From positions 1,312,001-1,376,000 of the forward strand of contig CAVSGM010000002.1 in assembly GCA_963727485.1 (NCBI GenBank): a DNA stretch of 64,000 bases, written 5' to 3'. The notes below the pieces were generated by a model, which was not told the origin of the DNA, made no database searches, and saw only the letters and a program-made list of their open reading frames with translations. A program made the translations under genes and the position numbers. The DNA comes from an uncultured delta proteobacterium. Its GTDB lineage: Bacteria; Myxococcota; Myxococcia; SLRQ01. Positions 8,497 through 17,799 of the stretch are shown here, piece after piece; the first letter of the stretch is position 1; every line of letters starts with the position of its first letter.

Positions 8497-9846
8497 CTAC
8501 GCCAGCTCGAAGTACCGCGCCAGCTCCCAGTCGGTCACCGCCCGGCGGTGCTGCGCCACCTCCCACCGCCGGGTGCGCACGTAGTGGTCCACGAACTCGG
8601 CGCCGAGGAGGTCCCGGGCCTCGGCGCTGGCGGCGAGGGCCTCGGTGGCGGCGGCGAGGTCCCCGGGGATCTGGGGCGCGCCCGGGGCGTCGTAGGCGCT
8701 GCCGCTGGTGGGCGCGCCGAGCTCGAGGCCCTGCTCGACGCCATGGAGCCCGGCGCCCAGGGTCGCCGCGAAGGCGAGGTAGGGGTTGATGTCGGCGCCG
8801 CCCTGGCGCCACTCCACCCGGGTCGCCTTCTGGCCGGGGCCGGTGATCACCCGGCCGGTGCAGGTGCGGTTCTCCAGCCCCCAGGTCACGGTGGTCGGCG
8901 CCCAGGTGCCCGCGACGAAGCGCTTGTAGCTGTTGACGTTGGGGGCGATGAGCGCGGTCAGCGCCGGGGCCAGGTGGATCTGCCCGGCGAGGTAGTGGCG
9001 CATCAGGGCGCTCATGTGGTGCGGGTCGGCGCCGTCGGCGAACAGCGGCGTCGTCCCCTCGGCGTCCCACAGGGACTGGTGGATGTGACCCGAGCACCCG
9101 GGGTAGTCGGTGGACCACTTGGCCATGAAGCAGGCGGTGAGCCCGTGGCGATGGGCGAGCTCCTTGACCGCGGTCTTGAACAGGGCCGCCTGGTCGGCGG
9201 CGGCCAGGGCGCCGGTGGCGGTGAGCGCCGCCTCGTAGACCCCGGGCCCGGTCTCGGTGTGGAGCCCCTCCACCGGGATCCCGAAGGCCTCGAGGCCGTC
9301 GAGGAGGTCGTGGACCAAAGGCGCGTTCTGGCTCGAGCGCAGCCAGGAGTAGCCGAACATCCCCGGGGTCAGGGGCTCGAGGCGGTGGTAGCCCTTCTCC
9401 CGCAGGCTCTCCGGGGTCTCCTGGAAGAAGAAGAACTCGAACTCCGCGGCCATCTTCGCCCGGTAGCCGAGCCCCTCGGCCCGGGCGAGGACCCGCTTCA
9501 GGACCGAGCGGGGCGAGACCCGCTCGTCGAAGTCGAGGAGGAAGGCCGCGGTCTCCGGCTCCCAGGGGATCATCCGGAAGGTGTCGGTATCGACGTGGGC
9601 CTCGAGGTCCGGGTAGCCGGTGCGCCAGCCGGTGAAGGCCTTGGGGTCGTCGTCCTCGTAGAGCGCGTCGCCCACGTCCCAGCCGAAGATCACGTCGCAG
9701 AAGCCCATGCCCTTCTCCACCGCCGAGAGGAGCTTGTCGCGGCTGACGTACTTGCCGCGGAGCACGCCGTCGACGTCGAAGCCGCCGATCTTCACCCGCC
9801 GCACGCCGTGGTCGTCGAGGGTCTGCTTGAGGGTTTCGAGGTCCAT
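8497..9846 (-). CDS. Glutamine synthetase-family protein (PuuA/gamma-glutamylamide ligase-like)
   Basis: DVDGVLRGK, EFEFF, HTETGPGVYE, GCSGHIHQS, NSYKR, ENRT, RVEWR motifs. Confidence 0.9.
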   Translation of the reverse strand: MDLETLKQTLDDHGVRRVKIGGFDVDGVLRGKYVSRDKLLSAVEKGMGFCDVIFGWDVGDALYEDDDPKAFTGWRTGYPDLEAHVDTDTFRMIPWEPETAAFLLDFDERVSPRSVLKRVLARAEGLGYRAKMAAEFEFFFFQETPESLREKGYHRLEPLTPGMFGYSWLRSSQNAPLVHDLLDGLEAFGIPVEGLHTETGPGVYEAALTATGALAAADQAALFKTAVKELAHRHGLTACFMAKWSTDYPGCSGHIHQSLWDAEGTTPLFADGADPHHMSALMRHYLAGQIHLAPALTALIAPNVNSYKRFVAGTWAPTTVTWGLENRTCTGRVITGPGQKATRVEWRQGGADINPYLAFAATLGAGLHGVEQGLELGAPTSGSAYDAPGAPQIPGDLAAATEALAASAEARDLLGAEFVDHYVRTRRWEVAQHRRAVTDWELARYFELA

Positions 9847-9943
9847 GGGATTCGAGCCTACTCCATCGCCGTGGACCCGCCGAGGCCGGCCGGGGGATCA
9901 GGCGGGCCGTCAGACCCGGGGGCCCCTGGTAGACTTGGCTCGT

Positions 9944-10669
9944 ATGAGCGACCTCGCGTTCTATCTTCTCGTGGCCCTCGTGGTGGTGTCGCTGGTGGCC
10001 GGGAGGCCCATCGCCCGGATCCTCAGCCGCCTGTGGGACGAGCTCGGCCGGGAAGGCTGGGAGAACGGGGACGGTGTCGAAGCCGGGGACGTGGTGCCGG
10101 TGGGCGCGGAGCGCTGCGTGGCCTGTGGATCCGACGACCTGGAGCTGCTCGCCCCAAGGGTCTACCGGTGCCGCGCCTGCGGGTACGAGGGCGGCGAGAA
10201 CCGGGGCGCCTGGGAGCGCACGCGGAACCAGGCCGCCTGGGCCGCCCGGCCCTGGTCCGAGCGCCTCGCCGCCGCCCGGAGCGGGGTCCAGGACACCCGG
10301 CGCCAGCTCCTCGCCGTCGAGGACCACGCCCGGCGGTGGCCGGCCCCCGAGGTCATCCAGGCCTACGCCTCCAGCTACCACGACTGGCACCCCGTCCAAC
10401 GGGACCCCTTCATCTCCGATCTCACCGAGGTCCGGCTGCGCCAGCACGCGAAGGAGGCCCTCCTCGAGGCCATCCGCATGGCCCTGGCCCCCCTCTACGC
10501 CGCCGCCGACGCCGTCCCCGGCCTCGAGCTCCCGCCCCCGGACGACCCGGCCTGGGACGGGGAGCCCGACGCGGTCTTCGCCCGGGCGCAGGCCACGATC
10601 ACCGGCGCCCTCGCCCGGATCGACGAGGTCGAGGCATCGGTGCCTGCTGTTAGACTTGGTTCCCGATGA
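9944..10669 (+). CDS. TM + Zn-ribbon paralog 1 (unknown family)
   Basis: N-terminal TM helix; CVACG...YRCRACGYEGG; RPWSERLAAAR; VPGLELPPPDDPAW. Confidence 0.85.
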   Translation: MSDLAFYLLVALVVVSLVAGRPIARILSRLWDELGREGWENGDGVEAGDVVPVGAERCVACGSDDLELLAPRVYRCRACGYEGGENRGAWERTRNQAAWAARPWSERLAAARSGVQDTRRQLLAVEDHARRWPAPEVIQAYASSYHDWHPVQRDPFISDLTEVRLRQHAKEALLEAIRMALAPLYAAADAVPGLELPPPDDPAWDGEPDAVFARAQATITGALARIDEVEASVPAVRLGSR

Positions 10670-11316
10670 GCGCGACCGAGATCTACGTCTGGCTGGCCGT
10701 CATCCTGGCGAGCGTGTTCGCGATCCCCCTGGGCATCAAGGGCCTCGTCCGCGCCTGGGACGCCTGGCACCACCCGCCGTTCCGGGACAACACCTGCGTC
10801 GCCTGCGGCTCCGCCGACCTCGACTCCCAGGGCCCCGGGGTCTACCGCTGCCGGGCCTGCGGCTACGAGGGCGGGGAGAACCGGGGCGCCTTCGAGGAGG
10901 CGAAGCGCCAGAAAGCCTGGGCCGAGCGCCCGTGGTCCGAGCGCCTCGCCGCCGCCCGCGACTACGTCGTCGACGCCCGCCGGCAGCTCGACCTGCACCG
11001 GGACGCCCTCTACTACCAACGCTTCCTGGACTACGACTACTCGACCTACGCCTCCGCGGTGGAGGAGGCGCCCCTGTCCCTGGAGCAGCCGAGCTGGGTC
11101 GTGGCGCGGGACAACATGCGCATCGCCCTCACCCAGGCGTTCGTCCCCCTGGAGAAGGCGGCCGAGGCGGTTCCCCAGATCGAGCTGCCGGTCCTCGACG
11201 ACGCGGCGTGGGAGGCCGACCCCAAGGAGCTGTTCAAGTCCCTCGACGTCCTCGTGGACCGGGTGAAGGCACAGCTCGATGCCCTGGCGGCGGGACCGGG
11301 TCCCACCCCAGGGTGA
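10666..11316 (+). CDS. TM + Zn-ribbon paralog 2 (unknown family)
   Basis: Same motifs (CVACG...YRCRACGYEGG; RPWSERLAAAR; VPQIELP); ATGA overlap with paralog 1. Confidence 0.85.
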   Translation: MSATEIYVWLAVILASVFAIPLGIKGLVRAWDAWHHPPFRDNTCVACGSADLDSQGPGVYRCRACGYEGGENRGAFEEAKRQKAWAERPWSERLAAARDYVVDARRQLDLHRDALYYQRFLDYDYSTYASAVEEAPLSLEQPSWVVARDNMRIALTQAFVPLEKAAEAVPQIELPVLDDAAWEADPKELFKSLDVLVDRVKAQLDALAAGPGPTPG

Positions 11317-11335
11317 TCCCTGGTAGAGTCCGCCC

Positions 11336-12103
11336 GTGATCGCCGTGCTGCCGGGAGCGTGGGCGGGCGCCGCCGCCGGATCCCCGTTGGGGGCGGTAGT
11401 GGTGAGCTGGTTGACGGTCCTCCTCCACGACGTGCTGGAGGTGGCTGCGCTGGCCGTGGCGGGGATCGTCGTCGGCGCCGTGTACTTCTGGTGGGGCCTG
11501 CGGGCCCCGTCGCCGGGCGACGACGGGGGGTGTGTCGCCTGCGGGTCCACCGACCTGGAGGTCGTGGCCCCGGGGGTCTACGTGTGCCGGGCCTGCGGCT
11601 ACGAGGGGGGTGACGGCCGGCCCGCCTGGGAGCGCGACCGGCGCCAGGCCGAGTGGGCCTCGCGCCCCTGGCCCGAGCGTGTCACCGCCGCCCGGACCGC
11701 GGTGCGGGACGCTCTCCGCCAGCTCCTGGCCCTGGAGCCCGACGTGCGCCGCTGGCCCGCCGAGGCGGTCGTCGCCGCCTACGCCGCCACCTGGGAGCAG
11801 GGCGCCACCGACCAGCAGCGCACCTGGTACGCCGCCGAGCGCGAGGGCGTGGCCCGCGGCGCCCTGGTCTCCGCCATCGTCGGGGCCACGGCGCCCCTCC
11901 ACACCGCGGGCGAGGCGGTGCCTGACCTCGGCGTCCCAGACCCGGAGGACCCGAGCTGGAACGGCGAGCCCAGGGAGGTCTTCGCCCGGGCCCAGGCGGC
12001 GGCCACCGAAGCCCTCTCGCGCATCGACAAGACCGAAGCTTCGCTCGTCGCCGGACCGGCGGCGGACGCCAATCCGGCCCCCGACGCGGCGGGCGGCCGG
12101 TGA
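11336..12103 (+). CDS. TM + Zn-ribbon paralog 3 (unknown family)
   Basis: CVACG...YVCRACGYEGG; RPWPERVTAAR; C-terminus closely resembles paralog 1. Confidence 0.85.
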   Translation: MIAVLPGAWAGAAAGSPLGAVVVSWLTVLLHDVLEVAALAVAGIVVGAVYFWWGLRAPSPGDDGGCVACGSTDLEVVAPGVYVCRACGYEGGDGRPAWERDRRQAEWASRPWPERVTAARTAVRDALRQLLALEPDVRRWPAEAVVAAYAATWEQGATDQQRTWYAAEREGVARGALVSAIVGATAPLHTAGEAVPDLGVPDPEDPSWNGEPREVFARAQAAATEALSRIDKTEASLVAGPAADANPAPDAAGGR

Positions 12104-12825
12104 TCGCCGACATCCCGGTGCGGGTGGACGGGCCCATCGTGCTGAACTGGACCTTCCTCTGGGTGCTGCTGGCGCTGCTCGTGCTGCCGACGGTGGGCTG
12201 GTCCCTCCTCTCGTGGCTCGTCTCCGGCTGGCGGCGCCGGACACCGGAGGCGAGCGACGACGCCTGCGCCGCCTGCGGCGCCACCGACCTCCTGGTGGAC
12301 GGGCCCGGGCTCTACACCTGCCGGGCCTGCGGCTACCAGGGCGGGTCCCGGCGCGGCCAGGCCGACGCCGCGGCCCGCCGGGCGCAGTGGGCCTCGCGCC
12401 CCGCCGCCGAGCGCGTCGCCGCCGCCGCCGCCGAGGGGGACCTGGCCACCGCCCGGCACCTGCTGACCAGCCTCGCGAACGACGCCCGGGCGCGATTCTG
12501 GGCGGGGATCGCCGATGGGTACGGGCGGGTGCCCCGGTACTACTACCTCCGCGTCCCCCGCTCCCGGTCCTACCGGGAGATGCAGCTCGCGGTGGAGAAC
12601 CTCTTCGCCGAGGTCTTCGCGGCCCTGCGGGCGGCCGCCGAGAAGGTCCCGGAGATCGAGGTCCCCCCGACGCCCAAGCTGTCCACCGGGCCCGGCGGCC
12701 TCCGCCAGAAGGAGGCCGAGATCCAGGACCGCGTGGCCTGGTGCGCCGAGGCGGTGGACCGGGCCGGGACAATCCTCGCGCTGGTGCCCCGCACCAATCC
12801 ACCGTCCCCCGCCGCCGCGCGCTAG
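12100..12825 (+). CDS. TM + Zn-ribbon paralog 4 (unknown family)
   Basis: CAACG...YTCRACGYQGG; RPAAERVAAA; VPEIEVPP; GTGA overlap with paralog 3. Confidence 0.85.
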   Translation: MIADIPVRVDGPIVLNWTFLWVLLALLVLPTVGWSLLSWLVSGWRRRTPEASDDACAACGATDLLVDGPGLYTCRACGYQGGSRRGQADAAARRAQWASRPAAERVAAAAAEGDLATARHLLTSLANDARARFWAGIADGYGRVPRYYYLRVPRSRSYREMQLAVENLFAEVFAALRAAAEKVPEIEVPPTPKLSTGPGGLRQKEAEIQDRVAWCAEAVDRAGTILALVPRTNPPSPAAAR

Positions 12826-12834
12826 GAGCGCCTC

Positions 12835-13446
12835 ATGCCCGCCGTCTACCACGCCCGCGCCCTCATCGGCCTCACCGTCACCGCCGTCCTCGTGGTGGGC
12901 ACGGTGGTCCTCGTGATCCGCGCCCGAAGGATGGGGCCCGAGGTCCCCCGGTGCGTCGCCTGCGGGTCGCCGGCGCTCACGGTCCTCGCCCGGGAGGTCT
13001 ACACCTGCCGGGCCTGCGGCCACGAAGGCGGCGCCGGGCGCCCCCTCTATGACCTGGCCCGGACCCGGGCGGCGTGGGCCGGGCGACCCTGGGCCGAGCG
13101 CCTGGCGTCGGCCCGGGACGACCTGCGGGTCGCCGCCCGGGAGCTCGAGGCCCTCGAGCCCGTCCGGGCCCGGGTGGCCCGCCATGACCCCTTTGCCTGG
13201 GCGAAGAAGTCGGAGTACGACGACCCCGAGCTCGTCGAGGCCCAGCACACCCTCCTCGGGGGCCTCGCCGGGGTGCTGGGCCACGTGCGCGAGGCGGCGG
13301 GCAAGGTGCCGGGCCTCGAGGCGCCGGACCCGGAGGCGATCCTCCCGGTGCGGATCGAGCCGGAGACGGTGGCCGAGGTCTGGGACGCGGTCGAGGGGGC
13401 CGTCGTCGCCGCGGCGCGGGCCCTGAAGGCCGCCGCGACGCCCTGA
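12835..13446 (+). CDS. TM + Zn-ribbon paralog 5 (unknown family)
   Basis: CVACG...YTCRACGHEGG; RPWAERLASAR; VPGLEAPDP; AGGAG RBS. Confidence 0.85.
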   Translation: MPAVYHARALIGLTVTAVLVVGTVVLVIRARRMGPEVPRCVACGSPALTVLAREVYTCRACGHEGGAGRPLYDLARTRAAWAGRPWAERLASARDDLRVAARELEALEPVRARVARHDPFAWAKKSEYDDPELVEAQHTLLGGLAGVLGHVREAAGKVPGLEAPDPEAILPVRIEPETVAEVWDAVEGAVVAAARALKAAATP

Positions 13447-13451
13447 CGGAC

Positions 13452-13667
13452 TCAGGCCCGCGGCCGGGGCCGGCTCGCCGGGGTCGCCACCTCGTTCTTC
13501 ATCATCTTCCGCAGCGCCGCGCGGAACGCCGGGGTGTCGTCCTCGTCGTGGACGTCGATGGCGTGGGCCACCGCCGCCCGCATCAGCTCGTCCTCCTCCC
13601 CGGACATGGTCAGGGTGCAGCCGACTTCGTTGGGCAGGTCGCGACAGTCGAGGGTCTTTCGTGCCAT
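13452..13667 (-). CDS. DUF1059-family small metal-binding protein
   Basis: MARKTLDCRDLP...GC......EEDEL....AHAIDVH; strong AAGGAGG RBS. Confidence 0.8.
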   Translation of the reverse strand: MARKTLDCRDLPNEVGCTLTMSGEEDELMRAAVAHAIDVHDEDDTPAFRAALRKMMKNEVATPASRPRPRA

Positions 13668-13819
13668 GGCGGTCCTCCTTCGGGTCCCCTCCCGGCCCAA
13701 GGCGTGGACACGGGTGGCCGCCGCGGCAACGGCGGACGAAGCCCCTCGGGGGACCGCCGGGCGGGGACGACCCCCTGGGCCTACTCGCCCCCGGGCGGCG
13801 TCTGCCGGGCCGCCCTCGG

Positions 13820-13910
13820 GCGCACGGATCCGCGCCATCACGTGGACGTCGGCGTAGGCGCCGTCGCGGAAGGCGTCGCGCCGGAGCGTCCCCTCGACCA
13901 CCAAGCTCAT
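13820..13910 (-). pseudogene. C-terminal remnant of a GNAT (RimJ/RimL-like) acetyltransferase
   Basis: VVEGTLRRDAFRDGAYADVHVMARIR resembles the GNAT C-terminal motif; the N-terminal part is absent. Confidence 0.5.
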
Positions 13911-14482
13911 GACCGGGCTCCGGGGAGGGCGCGGCCGTGGAGGAAGCCGCGGACGTGGGCCTTGGGATCCACCGGGGGCACCGCCAGGTCACGGGCCGCG
14001 CGGCGGAAGCTCTCGGAGGCGAGGAGGGGACCGAGGAGGGCGCCGAGGGTCTGGAGGGGCGGCTCGGGGCGCAGCTGCCCCCGGGCCTGGTAGGCGCCCA
14101 GGATCTCCACGATCCCGCCGATGGTCTTCACCGGCCGGTCGAGGGCGGGCCGGAGCTCGGGGCGGCGCGAGAGCTCGAGGAGGATCCCCTGGACCAGGGC
14201 CCCGTGGCCGGCGCTGGTCTCGAGATAGGCGACCACGATGGCCTCGAGGTCGGCCTCGAGGTCCCCGGTGAAGGTCACCCGGGCGAGCGGCACCTGGTCG
14301 AGGAGCCGGGTCACCGCCCGGGCCACCAGCGCCGCCTTGCTCCCGTAGCGCCGGAACAGGGTCGCCTCGTGGACCCCGGCCCGGGCGGCGATGGCCCGGG
14401 TGGTCGCCTGGTCGTAGCCCGCCTCCACCAGGAGGGCGGTGGTCGCCGCGAACACGGCGTCCTCGTCGATGAGCTTGGGCAT
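13907..14482 (-). CDS. TetR/AcrR family transcriptional regulator
   Basis: GYDQATTRAIAARAGVHEATLFRRYGSKAAL HTH. Confidence 0.92.
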   Translation of the reverse strand: MPKLIDEDAVFAATTALLVEAGYDQATTRAIAARAGVHEATLFRRYGSKAALVARAVTRLLDQVPLARVTFTGDLEADLEAIVVAYLETSAGHGALVQGILLELSRRPELRPALDRPVKTIGGIVEILGAYQARGQLRPEPPLQTLGALLGPLLASESFRRAARDLAVPPVDPKAHVRGFLHGRALPGARS

Positions 14483-14495
14483 CTGCGGGGGAGTA

Positions 14496-14554
14496 TATGC
14501 AAGTCTTGACTCGCATACACGGGGTGGCTAGGTTTGCAAGCGTTCACTCGCAAA
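14496..14554. promoter_or_regulatory. Two related palindromic operators (probably TetR sites)
   Basis: TATGCAAGTC-TT-GACTCGCATA (14496-14517) and TTTGCAAGCG-TT-CACTCGCAAA (14533-14554) lie between the divergent tetR and nitroreductase genes. Confidence 0.75.
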
Positions 14555-14566
14555 AGGAAGCCTCCC

Positions 14567-15539
14567 ATGGCCGCTCCGTCCCTCACCCCGCCGCCGCCCG
14601 CCACCCTGGTCCCCGACGTCGATCTCTACGACGCGGTCCTCGCCCGGCGCAGCGTCCGCACCTTCGACGGCGGGCCCCTGCGCCCCGAGCACGTGGCGCT
14701 CATCCGCGACTACCTCGCCGAGCCGGCCCGCACCACCGGTCCCTTGGGCCACCGGGCGCGCATCGCCTTCCTGGAGGACGTGGGCGAGGGCGACCAGGAG
14801 ATCGGCACCTACGGCTACGTGAAGGGTTACCAGGCGGTCCTCGCCGGCGTCGCCCCGGACGACCCGGTGGCCCTCTTCGACCTCGCCTACGCCTTCCACG
14901 GGCTCGTCCTCCAGCTCACCCGCGTGGGGGTGGGCACGGTGTGGATCGGCGCCGCGTTCAAGCGCTCGGAGGTCCTCCGGTCCCTGGAGGTCGCCCCCGG
15001 AGAGCTGCATCGCCGCCATCGCCCCGGTGGGCTACCCCGAGGACAAGCGGCTCCTGGAGAGGACCATGCGCCTCGCCCTCGGCGCCGACCACCGGAGGCC
15101 CCTGGACTTCACCTACCGCCTCGGCGACCTCGCCACCCCCCTCGGCGAGGCCGGCGGCGAGCTGCGCCCGGCCCTCACCCTCGCCCGCCGCGCCCCCTCG
15201 GCGAAGAACAAGCAGAGCTGGCGGGTGGTGGTCGCCCGGGACGGCGGGCGCCTCGACGTCTACTGCGCCTTCGGGCTGCGCGGCCAGGTGGGCACCGGGC
15301 GGAAGAGCTACGCGGTCAGCCCCGAGTACCTGGACGTGGGCACCTTCGTCCGCAGCCTCACCATCGGCCTCGCCCACGACGGGATCGCCGGGCACCTGGT
15401 GGTCGACGACCCGGGCCTCGCCGTCCCCGAGGGCCAGGACCTCGGCTACCTGGTGAGCTGGGTGCGCGATGAGGGAGCGTCGTCCACCTCGGCGCCCGGG
15501 CGGGTGACCACCGCGCACACCGCCCCGTCCCGCTCGTAG
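14567..15539 (+). CDS. Two-domain nitroreductase-family protein (frameshift ~15005-15025)
   Basis: ARRSVRTF; GVGTVWIG; after the shift GYP...RRAPSAKNKQSWR. Confidence 0.8.
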
Positions 15540-16136
15540 AATCTCGAGGCCCTCGAACCCGGCGTCGTCGAGCCACTCCAGCCACCCGGCCTCGGCCTGG
15601 AGCGCCGGGTGGGCGAAGGCCACCGCGAGCTTCCCCCCGGGCTTGAGGACCCGGAGGAGCTCCCGGAGCCCCGCTTGGGGATCGGGCCAGTGCTGGAGGC
15701 TGTTGACCGAGAGCGCCCGGTCGAAGGAGGCGTCGTCGAAGGGCAGGTGGCCGGCGGTGCCCAGGGTGAGGGTCACCTGGCCCGACTCCACCGCCGCCAG
15801 GTTCCGGGCCCGGGCCATGAGCACCATCTCGGCCGAGGGATCGACGCCGGCGACCCGGCCGTGCGGCACCTCGGCGACGAGGCGGGCGATGGCGACGCCG
15901 GGACCGAAGCCCACCTCCAGGACCTGGTGGTCCTCGGCGAGGTCGAGGCTGTCGATGACCCAGGCGTTGAGGGCCTGGTGCTTCCGGGCCATGAGCCAGC
16001 CGCCGACGCGGCCGAGGAGGCCCCTCGGCTGGCCGAAGCTGCGCTCGAGGAGGGCGCGCGTCAGCGGCAGGGGCCGTCCCGCCCCGCCCCGGGCGCGGAC
16101 GAGGAGGCGGCCGAGGGTGTCCTGGACGACCGACAT
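15446..16136 (-). CDS. Class I SAM-dependent methyltransferase (3' end uncertain, probable frameshift ~15540)
   Basis: FGQPRGLLG, VLEVGFGPG, GVDPS.EM, LPFDDASFD, RVLKPGG. Confidence 0.8.
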
Positions 16137-16162
16137 GGGGACCTCCCGGGCTCGCCTTGAGC

Positions 16163-17144
16163 CTAGGCGGTCCGCGCCGCCCCCGCCACCGGCGCCTCGG
16201 GCGCCACCTCCGCCGCCGCCTCCGAGGCCGCGGGCCGGGCGAGGATCGCCGCCGCGGTGAGCACCAGGACCAGCCACAGGACCTGGGCGAGGAGCAGGTG
16301 GACCACCTGGAGCCACCCGGGCGCGGCCAGGGCGATGTTGAGGATGCCGGCGCCGAGCTCGAGGCCCACCGAGATCATCAGCAGGGTCGGCAGCCGCCCC
16401 CCGAGGCGCCGGTGCTTGAGCCACCCCCCGAGGTAGAGGAGCAGCGCCCCCACGACCACCGCCAGGATGGGGTGGAGGACCCGCAGGCGCATGAGGAAGT
16501 TCGCCGTGGGCGAGAGGTCGGTGCGCAGGTGGCCCATGACCCCCGCCGCCGCCGAGGGCGGGAAGAGGGTGTCGCCCAGGGCGGTGATGGCCCCGGCCAT
16601 GCCCAGGAGCGCCACGGCGACGAGGGCCAGGGCGAGCAGCCAGCGCTCGAATCCCGTGGCCGCGCCACCTTGGGGCGGGGACGCCCTGGGACCACCAGGC
16701 GGCGAGCCCCGCGGCGCCGATGAGCACCAGGGTGTTGACCAGGTGGAGCGAGATGACCACCGCCCGGGCCTCGGAGGCGTTGTTGAGCACCAGGCCCTTG
16801 AGCACCAGCCCGGCGCCCACCGCCGCCTCCACCAGCAGGAAGAAGAAGGTCACCGCCGAGGCCCAGGTCACCCGGTGGGCCCGGAACCGCCGCGCCGCCC
16901 AGATGAGGAGCACCAGGCCGAAGATCCCCGAGAGCCCGCTGGTGACCCGGTGGGTGTACTCGATGATCCGCTCCACCGAGGGGTTCATCGGGATCACCTG
17001 CCCGTCGCACAGGGGCCAGTGGCTCCCGCAGCCGGCGCCCGAGTGGCTGATGCGCACCCAGGCCCCGAAGAGGATCACGAAGACCAGGTAGGCGAGGAAG
17101 ACCCAGGCGTACCGGGTGAAGGCGCGGGAGGCTTTGGCGACCAT
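16163..17144 (-). CDS. ctaA: Heme A synthase, COX15/CtaA family (frameshift ~16640-16690)
   Basis: GAWVR..HSGAGCGSHWPLC, IEYTHR, ISLHL, RVLHP, QVVHL conserved His; multiple TM helices. Confidence 0.85.
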
Positions 17145-17191
17145 GAGCGCCCTTGTAGATCCATCGCCCGGTGAGCGCGAGGGGCGCCGCC

Positions 17192-17599
17192 TCAGGTACG
17201 GGTGCGCCGGCGGAACGCGTCCACCGAGAGGCCGTCGTCGGCGAAGCGGGCGAGGAGCAGGTAGTAGACCAGCAGGTAGACCAGCTGGGTGCCAAGGACC
17301 GGCCAGTCCTGCTTGAGGGCGGTGCCGGTGACCAGGAGGATCATCAGCCCCATGCCCGCGACCAGGGCCTTGCGGCCGTAGAGGCCCAGGGTGAGGAGGA
17401 GGCCGATGCCCGCCTCGGCGATGGGGATGGCGCCGGCGACGAGGTGGACCAGGCCCAGGGGCAGGGCGGTCTTGGCGAAGCCCTGGGTGAGGCCGTCGGC
17501 GAAGGCGGTGAGGTGGGGCAGGCGCACCAGGCCATGGAGGAGGATGTCGATCCCCAGGGCGAGGCGCAGGAGGCCGTGGGCGAGCTGGCGGTCGGTCAT
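17192..17599 (-). CDS. DoxX family membrane protein
   Basis: LLRLALG....HG..., E...GLLL.LGL, SVD near the C-terminus. Confidence 0.8.
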   Translation of the reverse strand: MTDRQLAHGLLRLALGIDILLHGLVRLPHLTAFADGLTQGFAKTALPLGLVHLVAGAIPIAEAGIGLLLTLGLYGRKALVAGMGLMILLVTGTALKQDWPVLGTQLVYLLVYYLLLARFADDGLSVDAFRRRTRT

Positions 17600-17799
17600 G
17601 GCCGGTGAAGCTAGGGCCGGCCAGGGCCCGGCGCCCGACGGTCGGCGGGGGCCGCGGGTCGCGGATTCCTGAGGGAGACGGGGATCCTCGAGGGCGGCCC
17701 ACCGGGGCGGTGAACGGGATTCCGGGGGGTTGGGCGCCCCGGGGCCCTGGAACGGGCCTTGCTCCCGTGGGAGGCTCGAGTCCACCCTGGAGGCCTCCG

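Noticed and set aside
8497..9846. Assigning glnA
   Set aside because: It looks like the broader gamma-glutamyl ligase (PuuA-like) subgroup; true glutamine synthetase activity cannot be supported from motifs.
6977..10447. 1156-aa giant GGDEF-EAL ORF as listed in the track
   Set aside because: The upstream two-thirds overlaps the glutamine synthetase-family gene and paralog 1; the real start is near 8317.
9944..13446. Integron cassette array or DGR target genes
   Set aside because: Genes overlap or are separated by fewer than 20 bp; no attC-like palindromes, integrase, reverse transcriptase or adenine-specific template/variable repeat pair were seen.
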